From: Candidatus Spechtbacterales bacterium
Lineage (GTDB): Bacteria > Patescibacteriota > Minisyncoccia > Spechtbacterales > 2-12-FULL-38-22
DNA: 39,447 nt
Direction of reading: 5' to 3'
Assembly: GCA_040900345.1 (NCBI GenBank)
Contig: JBBDZE010000033.1
Span: forward strand, 25,309 to 64,755
Position numbers and translations under genes: made by a program. Positions 18,809-26,747 of this stretch are shown here, in pieces (the stretch's first letter is position 1; every line of letters starts with the position of its first letter). The notes below the pieces were generated by a model, which saw nothing but the letters and a program-made list of their open reading frames with translations, was not told the DNA's origin and did not search any database.

Positions 18809-19303
18809 ATGGTCCAACCCGTCGTACAAGATCCAGACCCGGTACTGCACAACGTTACCGAACCTGTCAAAAACTTCAACGATCCCGAGCTCGCTAAGCT
18901 GCTCAAAGATATGAAGGATACGCTCGCGGAACAAGAAGGGTTGGGGCTGGCCGCTCTGCAAATTGGCGTTTCAAAAAGTATTTTTGTCATCCCGCCCGAG
19001 CACGCCCCCGAGGTGCGCACCCCCTATGCGCCGCTTTCGTATCTCAAGCCCCTCAAGCCCACCGTTTTTATGAATCCCAAAATTCTTCGCTACAGCGAAG
19101 AAAAGGAAACGTTGGAGGAGGGCTGCCTGAGTATTCGCGGCCTCTTTCGCCCCACCCCGCGTTCCTACGCCGTTACTTTGCAAGCTCAGGATGAACGCGG
19201 CCGCAAATTCAAAATAAAAGCGGACCAACTTTTGGCCCGCATCTTCCAGCACGAAACCGACCACCTCAACGGGGTTCTCTTTATTGAAAGGATTGTGCAA
19301 TAG
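18809..19303 (+). CDS. def: Peptide deformylase
   Basis: All three PDF motifs are present: GLAALQIG, EGCLSIRG, HETDHLNG. I chose the ATG at 18809 (MVQPVVQDPDPVL). Confidence 0.93.
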   Translation: MVQPVVQDPDPVLHNVTEPVKNFNDPELAKLLKDMKDTLAEQEGLGLAALQIGVSKSIFVIPPEHAPEVRTPYAPLSYLKPLKPTVFMNPKILRYSEEKETLEEGCLSIRGLFRPTPRSYAVTLQAQDERGRKFKIKADQLLARIFQHETDHLNGVLFIERIVQ

Positions 19304-19310
19304 AAATGAC

Positions 19311-19336
19311 AACGCCGCATCTTGCGATGCGGCGTT
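19311..19336. terminator. Hairpin between convergent def and a small membrane ORF
   Basis: aacgccgcatc ttgc gatgcggcgtt: 11-bp perfect stem with a 4-nt loop. Confidence 0.6.
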
Positions 19337-19369
19337 TAGCCGATCCCGATTTCCTTATCTTCGGGAGGG

Positions 19370-19600
19370 CTATTCTCCCACTTTTCCAATCACGTGGGCC
19401 AGGAGCAGAAATGTTGCCGCTCCGGCCAACACAGCGCCGATTGGGCTAACCCAGAGAAAAAACTCCCAAATCGCTGGTCCAAAGGGGCGCCCTGCCGTTT
19501 CTTCTGCCCACAAGAAGAACGTGAAAGCGCCGCCCATAACGAACCTCGTTACAAGCAAAGCGCAGGCGAGCGAAACAGCCACCTTGATTAGCAACGCCAT
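19370..19600 (-). CDS. Small hydrophobic membrane protein (76 aa)
   Basis: Two to three predicted TM helices. ATG at 19600 preceded by GAGGGAG. Antisense to the spurious N-terminal extension of the fmt ORF. Confidence 0.55.
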   Translation of the reverse strand: MALLIKVAVSLACALLVTRFVMGGAFTFFLWAEETAGRPFGPAIWEFFLWVSPIGAVLAGAATFLLLAHVIGKVGE

Positions 19601-19649
19601 TCGAATCTCCCTCTGTATCTATGAAAGCACAGTATTAGAAAAAGTCAGT

Positions 19650-20720
19650 ATGCACACCGTTTTCTTCGGCACACCGGACTTTGCCGCCATCATCCTCAAA
19701 AAACTCATCGACAGCCCCTACCGGCCGTTTTTGGTGGTGACGGCTCCAGACAAGCCTGCCGGCCGCGGCAACCAGCTTACTCCCCCGCCGGTGAAGGTAT
19801 TCGCGCAAGAGACAGGTATTGAAGTTGTGCAGCCAGAGAAGCTTAATGCCGCTTTTGTTGAAGAATTAAAAAAGGCGGGCTGCGAGCTTGCGATTGTTGC
19901 CGCCTACGGCCTTATCATTCCGCAAGCCGTGTTGGACGTTCCCCAGCGCGGCTTCATCAACGTGCACGGCTCGCTCTTGCCCAAGTACCGCGGCGCCTCC
20001 CCCATTCAGCAAGCTATCCTTGACGGCGAAAAGGAAACCGGCCCGACCATTATGCTCATGGACGCGCAGATAGACCACGGCCCAATACTTTCTCAGCGCA
20101 CCTTCCCCATTGCGCCAACCGACACTGCCGAAGACGTCTTTGCAAAAATGGCAGAGAGTGGTGGCGAACTTCTTTTAGAAACTATCCCTCAGTGGACCGG
20201 CGGCGATATTGTCCCACGAGAGCAAGACCACAAGACCGCAACGTACACCGAACGCCTCGCGCGCGAGGACGGCCACATCAACTGGAGCAAGCCGGCCGAC
20301 CACATCGAGCGCATGCTACGCGCCTACACGCCCTGGCCGGGTATTTTTGTCTTTTTTGAAAGCTCGCTTTCGCGTAAAGCCTCCCCCAACACCCACCCGT
20401 CTGCGCACGACCTGTCTGCCGTACCTGTTGACGCACAGCGCGCAGGCAAGCAAACGGCGCAGGTAGACGCACGCGTAGAGAGTTTGGCAGGTGGGTCCAA
20501 AAGACACGGCAAACGTCTTAAAATTCTTGCGCTTGCCACTAAGGGCGATGAGGCATACGAGGAACCCGGCAAAGTTATTGCATACGAAAAGGGTTTCGCC
20601 ATACAAACAAAAAAGGGACTGGTTGTCCCCACACTGGTGCACCTTGAAAATAAGCGGCCTCAAAGCGCCGAAGAGTTCCTCCGCGCCTACCCCGACATCC
20701 TCACCGTCACTCTCCAGTAG
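19650..20720 (+). CDS. fmt: Methionyl-tRNA formyltransferase with an extra segment of about 50 aa in the C-terminal domain
   Basis: MHTVFFGTPDFAAIILKKL, VVTAPDKPAGRG, INVHGSLLPKYRGASPIQ. ATG at 19650 is in frame with the longer track ORF. Ends with TAG. Confidence 0.92.
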   Translation: MHTVFFGTPDFAAIILKKLIDSPYRPFLVVTAPDKPAGRGNQLTPPPVKVFAQETGIEVVQPEKLNAAFVEELKKAGCELAIVAAYGLIIPQAVLDVPQRGFINVHGSLLPKYRGASPIQQAILDGEKETGPTIMLMDAQIDHGPILSQRTFPIAPTDTAEDVFAKMAESGGELLLETIPQWTGGDIVPREQDHKTATYTERLAREDGHINWSKPADHIERMLRAYTPWPGIFVFFESSLSRKASPNTHPSAHDLSAVPVDAQRAGKQTAQVDARVESLAGGSKRHGKRLKILALATKGDEAYEEPGKVIAYEKGFAIQTKKGLVVPTLVHLENKRPQSAEEFLRAYPDILTVTLQ

Positions 20721-20721
20721 C

Positions 20722-20767
20722 TTTCCCTTATACTACGATACTAGCTAGTATCGTAGTATAAGGGAAA
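20722..20767. repeat. 46-bp perfect palindrome, probable bidirectional terminator
   Basis: tttcccttatactacgatactag is followed directly by ctagtatcgtagtataagggaaa, its exact reverse complement. Begins 2 nt after the fmt stop, between convergent genes. Confidence 0.85.
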
Positions 20768-20884
20768 ATGATTTTCGTGGGTATTTTCTCGACGTCCACC
20801 GCAAAACACCCCCTCCCTATCCATCCTTATCCCCCGCCTCCGTTCTCCACTATAATCTGTCCTTCACTATGAGCTGTGGGTGTT

Positions 20885-21208
20885 TTATAATCGCCGCTCG
20901 GAGTTATCGAGAATATGGCGCGGAGATTTGATAAGTTTAAGATAGTAGCGTTTGAATGTCCTACGCGCGAATGGCAAGTCTACAATCAACTCACTCAGGA
21001 CCGCAAATGGCAACGCGACAAGAGCCGCAATAATAAGCGTATGACGGGTAATTTCAGCATCCGTTGCTAAAACCACGACCAAAACATCTTCGAAAACACC
21101 GAGAAGAAACCCTACAATAAAAAATTCCAAAAAGCGAAAAAAGCGGTGGTGGTGCCGGCTGAGCTGCCCGGCTTCGACGGCCACTCCATGCGAAGAAAGG
21201 GAAATCAT
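20885..21208 (-). CDS. Hypothetical small membrane protein (107 aa)
   Basis: Two hydrophobic helices (FLEFFIVGFLLGVF, LIIAALVALPFAVL). ATG start, no clear SD. Confidence 0.45.
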   Translation of the reverse strand: MISLSSHGVAVEAGQLSRHHHRFFRFLEFFIVGFLLGVFEDVLVVVLATDAEITRHTLIIAALVALPFAVLSELIVDLPFARRTFKRYYLKLIKSPRHILDNSERRL

Positions 21209-21338
21209 ATCCGATGAAAAAACATCAATGTGATACTTTTATCATACCACAATTTCTTTTCATGTCGGGATGGGCGGTATGCTATACTTGCACCATAGCC
21301 TTCTCCAAGAGTGCCCTGCACTCTTTTGTTATGTGTGT

Positions 21339-22562
21339 ATGCAGCTGCGATTTTACTTTATCTATTTGACGGTTTTCCTCAACGTGATGGCGTTCACGCT
21401 GGTATTCCCCCTATTGCCCGCCTACGCCAAAACGTTCGACGCTAGCGCCCTTCAAATTGGCCTGCTTGCCGGTTCATTCGGCCTCGCACAGCTTTTCTTT
21501 GCGCCTATATGGGGGCGCATATCCGATCGCATCGGAAGAAAACCGACCATCCTGATGGGTGTTGCGGGATTGGGTGTGGGGTTTGTGCTCTTTGGCCTGG
21601 CGGGTTCCTTGTCGATGTTATTTGTGGCACGCTTTTTGCAAGGTATTTTTTCGGGCGCTTCACTTCCCAGCGCTCGCGCGTATGTTGCCGACCTCACCGA
21701 CAAAACCGAGCGAGTGCGCGCCATGGGACGCATCGGCGCTTCATTGGCGTTGGGAGTCATTATGGGCCCTTTTATCGGCGGAATACTGGCCAGTGCCGGC
21801 CTACCACTGCCGTTTGGCATGAGCGTTGAAGGTTCGCTTGCTCTCCCGTTTTTTGCGGCCGCAGTACTTGCCGCACTAAATCTGTTGCTCGTTGTTGCCT
21901 TCCTCCCCGAGTCGCTTCCAAAACGAGCCGAGCGCCTCGCTTTGCGGGAAGGGTTTGTGAATATCACCAAGTTGCGCGCGCAACTGCGCCTGAACAGCAC
22001 TCTCACCCCATTTTTACTGCTGGCATTCGTCTGGTCATTTGCCATTTCGAATAATCAGGTGGTCGTGCCGCTCCTCGGTGAGAGCATTTATGGGGTCGAC
22101 GCGGCTGCCATGGGCCTTCTCTTTGGCCTGATGGGCCTCGTGTCGTTTGTCACCCAGCTTTTTCTACTGAGCCGAATTACCAGACTGTTTGGTGAACGGC
22201 GTACCGTAGTAATCGGCCTTGGCGCCCAGGCATTCGCATTTAGTATCATGCCGTTTATGCCCGTCTTTTCCGGGGTTATCGGCACTGCCATGTTCGCCGC
22301 GCTTGGCTCATCCATGGCCCGGCCAGTCATCACCGCGCTCGCCTCGGAAGAGACCACCGAAGGGCAGGGCACAACCATGGGCCTCTTGACCTCTATGGAA
22401 GCTATCGGCCGGGCGAGCGGTCCGTTCCTTGGCGGCGTACTGTTTGGCGTGCTTTATTTTGTCCCATTCCTATTTTCGGCGCTGGTCGTTGCGGTTTCCT
22501 TGGTGTTTATAATCATGCGGCTCCATTTTTTCCGCCGCATACACCACCACCCCATTGCCTGA
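21339..22562 (+). CDS. MFS transporter
   Basis: About 12 TM helices and the MFS loop motif GRISDRIGRKP. I chose the ATG at 21339 (MQLRFYFIYLTVFLNV...). An in-frame ATG at 21270 is also possible. Confidence 0.88.
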   Translation: MQLRFYFIYLTVFLNVMAFTLVFPLLPAYAKTFDASALQIGLLAGSFGLAQLFFAPIWGRISDRIGRKPTILMGVAGLGVGFVLFGLAGSLSMLFVARFLQGIFSGASLPSARAYVADLTDKTERVRAMGRIGASLALGVIMGPFIGGILASAGLPLPFGMSVEGSLALPFFAAAVLAALNLLLVVAFLPESLPKRAERLALREGFVNITKLRAQLRLNSTLTPFLLLAFVWSFAISNNQVVVPLLGESIYGVDAAAMGLLFGLMGLVSFVTQLFLLSRITRLFGERRTVVIGLGAQAFAFSIMPFMPVFSGVIGTAMFAALGSSMARPVITALASEETTEGQGTTMGLLTSMEAIGRASGPFLGGVLFGVLYFVPFLFSALVVAVSLVFIIMRLHFFRRIHHHPIA

Positions 22563-22574
22563 AAACTGGTAGCC

Positions 22575-23132
22575 TTATTCAATTGGGCACACCAACGGGC
22601 TTTGGATGCGTTTGGCTATTAAATAGATTGAGATTAACAGCAGCGCGATACTCAACAAGCCAAACTCTTCTCCGTGCAGGGGCAGGACCGCCAAAAGGCC
22701 CCCTGCACCGACCAGACCAAGTATCGGCCCTACCAACGCTGTGCCACAGGCGGCACATCCAAGGCCTAGTATGCCGCTGACCAGGCCGCCAATGCCGGCC
22801 GCGCTGCCCGTTGGCCCGGCATCCGTGAAAGCCCCGCGGCGCTGAACAATATAAAAAACTACCAAAGCGAGATTTATGCCCAAAAGAATGGCGATGGCGA
22901 TAATATAGACGGCGGCTAGTGTGGAGAAATTCGTCGTAATGGATTGGGCAAAACTCCAAAAAATGGTCGCCTTGGTGCTGACACGGTAGCTGCCACTAAT
23001 GAGGATATCCCACAAAAGCATGGCATTTTGCGCCCAGACGGCCAGCAAAAAAACGCACACGCTCGTGGCAAGCGCCAACAATGCGTAGCGCGGTTTTTTG
23101 AGCACCCGTGCAATTGTTGCCGCCACGCCCAT
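22575..23132 (-). CDS. Polytopic membrane protein with an intramembrane CxxC (GCAACG) motif
   Basis: Four to five hydrophobic helices and exactly four Cys (SVCVF, GCAACG, LVCPIE). The ATG at 23132 lies 4 nt after the DsbA-like stop. Confidence 0.7.
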   Translation of the reverse strand: MGVAATIARVLKKPRYALLALATSVCVFLLAVWAQNAMLLWDILISGSYRVSTKATIFWSFAQSITTNFSTLAAVYIIAIAILLGINLALVVFYIVQRRGAFTDAGPTGSAAGIGGLVSGILGLGCAACGTALVGPILGLVGAGGLLAVLPLHGEEFGLLSIALLLISIYLIAKRIQSPLVCPIE

Positions 23133-23136
23133 GCGA

Positions 23137-23880
23137 TTAGCTTTCCTCAAGTGCCAGGTCGACAATGCGCTTGACAGCCTCGTAGGGCTGGGCGCCGTTT
23201 ATCACAAAGGTTTTGCCATTGGGAGCGACAACAACGCTATAGGGAGTTCCCTGTGCCCTAGCGTTTTGGGCGTCAGCGATGTCGCGATCAATCCGTGCAT
23301 TGTGCGCGTCGCCCTCAAGGCATGCAGAAAACGCGGCCCGGTCCACGCCGACGTAAGCGGCGATTTCAGGAAGCTGCGTATGATCGAGGCCATCGTTGGC
23401 CGGCGTTATTTCAAAAATGCGGTCCGTAAATTTCCAAAAGGCACCATTGCCGCCGAGTTCAGCCGCGCACTCCGATGCCACCGCCTCGCGGTATGCCTTT
23501 TGGTGCAGTTGGACGAGCGGGTAATGGCGATACACCCAGGCCACCTTCCCATCGTACTCCTCCACTATCTGCTGCATGGTAGTGTGGAAGCGCTGGCAGA
23601 AGGGGCATTCAAAATCAGAAAATTCAATAAGCTTTACGGGCGCGTCGGCGTTGCCGCGGATATGATCCTCAGCCGAAACGGAAGCTAACGAGACGTTCTG
23701 CGCAATGGGGCTGTCATTTTCGCCCGTGGGCGCACCCGCCTGCGAGACCGTCTGGTCATTCATGCCATTTGCCGCAAGCCCAAAGTAGAGTCCGCCCCCG
23801 ATGAACATGCCGGCAGCCAGAATGGCAAGCGGCGTGATATGTTTTTCAAACGACGTATTTTCCCCAGCTTCAGTGGTCAT
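23137..23880 (-). CDS. DsbA-family thiol:disulfide oxidoreductase, N-terminally anchored
   Basis: Thioredoxin-fold active site FSDFECPFCQRFH. N-terminal TM helix PLAILAAGMFIGGGLYFGL. GAGGAAG SD. Confidence 0.88.
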   Translation of the reverse strand: MTTEAGENTSFEKHITPLAILAAGMFIGGGLYFGLAANGMNDQTVSQAGAPTGENDSPIAQNVSLASVSAEDHIRGNADAPVKLIEFSDFECPFCQRFHTTMQQIVEEYDGKVAWVYRHYPLVQLHQKAYREAVASECAAELGGNGAFWKFTDRIFEITPANDGLDHTQLPEIAAYVGVDRAAFSACLEGDAHNARIDRDIADAQNARAQGTPYSVVVAPNGKTFVINGAQPYEAVKRIVDLALEES

Positions 23881-23925
23881 AGCTTCCTCATTGTAGCATG
23901 GTTTGGACCTTTCGACATGCTGAAT

Positions 23926-25029
23926 TTATTCCTCCTTGGCGACATGGACGGTTCTTGTCGGGAAAGCGACCATAATGCCTTCACGGTTGAGCGCCTCGTT
24001 AAGATTGAGAAGTACCTCCTGGTTGATGTCCATATATTCGGCATAGTCGCCAGACCTCACATAGTAGACATTCTCAAACTCCAACGCCGAATCGCCAAAC
24101 ACCTTGAAGTGCGAGCGGTCAAACCGGGTATTGTTTGCGCTCTCAACGGTACTACGGACCAAGTCCGGTATACGCCGCAGCTTCTCCTGCGGCGTGGCGT
24201 ATTCAACCCCCAGCGCAAAGCGCACCCGCCGTTGTTCCATGCGCCCATAGTTTTGCACCCGTGCATCCGTCAGCTGGGCGTTGGGCAGTATTATTTCCTC
24301 GCCCTCCAGTGATTGAATACGCGTCGTTTTGAGGCCGATGCGCTGCACCGTGCCGCTCGTTTCGCCCACAACAATAAAATCACCCGGCTCGAACGGTTTG
24401 TCAAAAGCAATGGAAAAGGAACTGAACAAGTCGGAAAGAATGTTTTGGGCGGCCAGGGCAATGGCAATGCCGCCAATGCCCAGCCCGGCGATGATAGATG
24501 TTACGTTCAGTCCGAAGTTTTGCAGTACGAACAAAATGCCGAGCACCCACAAACTCCACTTCGCCACACTCTGAAGCGTTTGCAATGCGGAGCTGCTGTC
24601 AGGGCACTCCCCCGTTCTTTGTGGAACCACCGAGTGGAAAAGGTAATCGATGAAAATGCCAAGCGCCGTAATAACCTGCTACGTAATGGCAACGATGACG
24701 AGCGCGTTCAAGACCACTTCAGCGATATCGGGCAGCTCAATACTGCGCACGGCAATGTAGAAGGCTAAAAAGGTGACCAAAGGGGGCTTCACGGAGTCGG
24801 CAATGCGTACCAGGGTGTCATCGACATCCGTGTCCGTGCGCTTGGCCAGGGCCTGAAAGCGCCCGAGCACTGTCTTTTGGATAAGATACAGTAGCGAAAA
24901 AGCCCCCAGAAAAATTATCAGGGCCGTAAGGTAATCGCCCGCATTTTGCACGACGGGTATACGCTCTTCCACGAAGAGAGAAAATCGATTCGGCACCTCC
25001 AATAGCTTCCGTAGGTTTGAAAAATTCAT
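23926..25029 (-). pseudogene. Mechanosensitive ion channel (MscS family) interrupted by one in-frame TAG at 24679-24681
   Basis: The 116-aa N-terminal TM fragment (24679-25029) and the 234-aa C-terminal fragment (23926-24630) are in the same frame. The latter carries the MscS core GLGIGGIAIALAAQNILSDLFS and a beta domain. The 48 nt between them translate to a sensible TM continuation, QVITALGIFIDYLFHS. Confidence 0.8.
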
Positions 25030-25070
25030 ACGTTGCTATGTTTTCATCCTAGGGGTTTTGGCAAAATAAC

Positions 25071-25107
25071 GCAACATAAAACCCGCTCAAGGCGGGTTCT
25101 ATGTTGC
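25071..25107 (-). terminator. Hairpin after the RRM-protein gene
   Basis: gcaacata a aacccgc tcaag gcgggtt c tatgttgc. On the minus strand it is followed by GTTATTTTGC. Confidence 0.6.
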
Positions 25108-25125
25108 GACCGGACAACGTGCGTA

Positions 25126-25398
25126 TTACGCAGCGTTGCGGTCGTCGCGCTCCATGGGACGGGCTTCGTTGACGGTCAACGTACGACCTTCAAACTCTTT
25201 GCCATTCCACATGTCGATTGCGGCTTGCGTCTCTTCTTCCGTTGCCATCTCCACAAAGCCGAAGCCCTTGGAGCGACCCGTCATGCGGTCGGTAATGATA
25301 GCTACTGAGCTAACCGTACCGGCCTGCGCAAACGCATTCGTAAGCTCTTGTTCGGTTGTTGCGTAAGGCAAGCCACCGACAAATAATCGCTTATTCAT
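25126..25398 (-). CDS. RRM-type RNA-binding protein
   Basis: RNP-2 LFVGGL and RNP-1 KGFGFVEM motifs. 90 aa. Confidence 0.92.
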   Translation of the reverse strand: MNKRLFVGGLPYATTEQELTNAFAQAGTVSSVAIITDRMTGRSKGFGFVEMATEEETQAAIDMWNGKEFEGRTLTVNEARPMERDDRNAA

Positions 25399-25533
25399 GT
25401 GCTCTAAATTTCTTTATAACTTCCTTCGAACGTAAGCGACACTGCACTCGCTACACAAACTACTCACGCACACGCGGTTATGCCTTACGTAGAAGATACC
25501 AACACTGTACCACAGTGTTGGAAAATTGCAAGA

Positions 25534-25562
25534 GATATAGGACATTTTTCCCTCTTTGTCAA
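25534..25562 (-). promoter_or_regulatory. Sigma70-like promoter for the RRM-protein gene
   Basis: On the minus strand: TTGACA (25562-25557), 17-nt spacer, TATATC (25539-25534). This implies a leader of about 125 nt that contains the hairpin caacactg tacca cagtgttg (25500-25520). Confidence 0.45.
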
Positions 25563-25585
25563 GTTTTTTCGACACAGCCCGACCA

Positions 25586-26740
25586 TTACTGCTTCTTCTG
25601 TCCTTGTTTGCGGGGCTTATAGTAAGTCTTCCCCTTGAGTTGTTCAGGCAGCAAATCTTCCTTGGGATAGCGCTCGTATCCCTTCCCATACCCCAGATTC
25701 TTCATTAACTTGGTAGGAGCATTCCGGATTTTCATTGGCACGGGCAAATTGCCGTAGCGCTTGACATCCTCCATAGCCCGACCCAAACCCTCGTAAGCGC
25801 TTTTGTCCTTTTGGCATTGGGACAAATAGACCACGCCGTGGGCGAGATTGATGGCACATTCGGGCAGACCGATGGTCTCCACCGAGCGGAACACGTCATT
25901 GGCAACAACCAGTGCGGTCGGTTGGGCCATGCCAATGTCCTCACTAGCGAACACGACCATACGCCGAGCAATGAATTTAGGATCCTCGCCAGCATCTATC
26001 ATGCGGGCTAAATAGTACAAGGCTGCATCCGGCTGGCTTGCCCGCATGCTTTTTATGAAAGCTGAGATAGTATTGTAGTGCTCCTCACCCTTTTTGTCGT
26101 ACCGCAAGTGTTTGGACTGGAGCGTGTCCTTGAGGGTCTCTGTCGTTATCTTCCCGTACAAGCGATTGGCATTTTCGAGCATCGTAATGGCCTGGCGAGC
26201 ATCCCCGTTTGCCATGGCGATAAGCCAGTCTCTGGCCGCTTTGTCCATTTTGAACTTTGTCCGCGCAATTATTTTTGCCATCTCCTTGCCAGAAAACTCG
26301 TTGAGAACAAATACACGACAGCGCGACAGGAGCGGGGCAACTACTTCAAAACTGGGGTTTTCCGTGGTGGCCCCAATGAGTGTGAGCTCCCCACTCTCCA
26401 CATACGGCAAAAGAAAATCCTGTTGGCTTTTGTTGAAGCGATGAATTTCATCGAGGAAGAGCACCTTGGGTTTGTCGGCCGCATCGTCTTCAAGTATTTT
26501 TTTAATGTCACCTTTTCCGGCTGAAACGGCCGAAAGCTGATAGAGCTTGGCATCCAGCGCCTTGGCGTAGATGCGCGCAAGCGTGGTTTTGCCTACGCCC
26601 GGCGGCCCCCACAGAATGAACGAAAAGAGATGCTTTTGTTCAACCGCAACACGCAAGGGCTTTCCCGTGCCGACCAGATGCTCTTGCCCCACAAACTGCT
26701 TTAGGCTAGTGGGGCGTATGTGGGCTGCCAAGGGTTCCAT
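25586..26740 (-). CDS. rarA: Replication-associated recombination protein A (AAA+ ATPase)
   Basis: Walker A GPPGVGKTTLA, Walker B LFLDEIHRFNKSQQD, and a C-terminal MgsA domain (YHYNTISAFIKSMR-like, YLARM). Confidence 0.93.
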   Translation of the reverse strand: MEPLAAHIRPTSLKQFVGQEHLVGTGKPLRVAVEQKHLFSFILWGPPGVGKTTLARIYAKALDAKLYQLSAVSAGKGDIKKILEDDAADKPKVLFLDEIHRFNKSQQDFLLPYVESGELTLIGATTENPSFEVVAPLLSRCRVFVLNEFSGKEMAKIIARTKFKMDKAARDWLIAMANGDARQAITMLENANRLYGKITTETLKDTLQSKHLRYDKKGEEHYNTISAFIKSMRASQPDAALYYLARMIDAGEDPKFIARRMVVFASEDIGMAQPTALVVANDVFRSVETIGLPECAINLAHGVVYLSQCQKDKSAYEGLGRAMEDVKRYGNLPVPMKIRNAPTKLMKNLGYGKGYERYPKEDLLPEQLKGKTYYKPRKQGQKKQ

Positions 26741-26747
26741 GGTCCCC

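Noticed and set aside
19284-19649. 122-aa N-terminal extension of the fmt ORF in the track.
   Set aside because: The Fmt homology begins at MHTVFFGTPDF (ATG at 19650). The extension overlaps def and is antisense to a better small membrane ORF.
20851-20945. TATAAT hexamer (20851-20856) followed by a 20-aa plus-strand ORF (MSCGCFIIAARSYREYGAEI), antisense to the 3' end of the 107-aa gene.
   Set aside because: There is no convincing -35 element or SD. A single hexamer plus a tiny ORF is expected by chance.
24679-24681. Possibility that TAG is a reassigned sense codon, which would explain the interrupted MscS gene.
   Set aside because: TAG terminates at least five other well-delimited genes in this window: fmt, msrA, the tRNA-binding protein, peptidase S51 and the surface protein.
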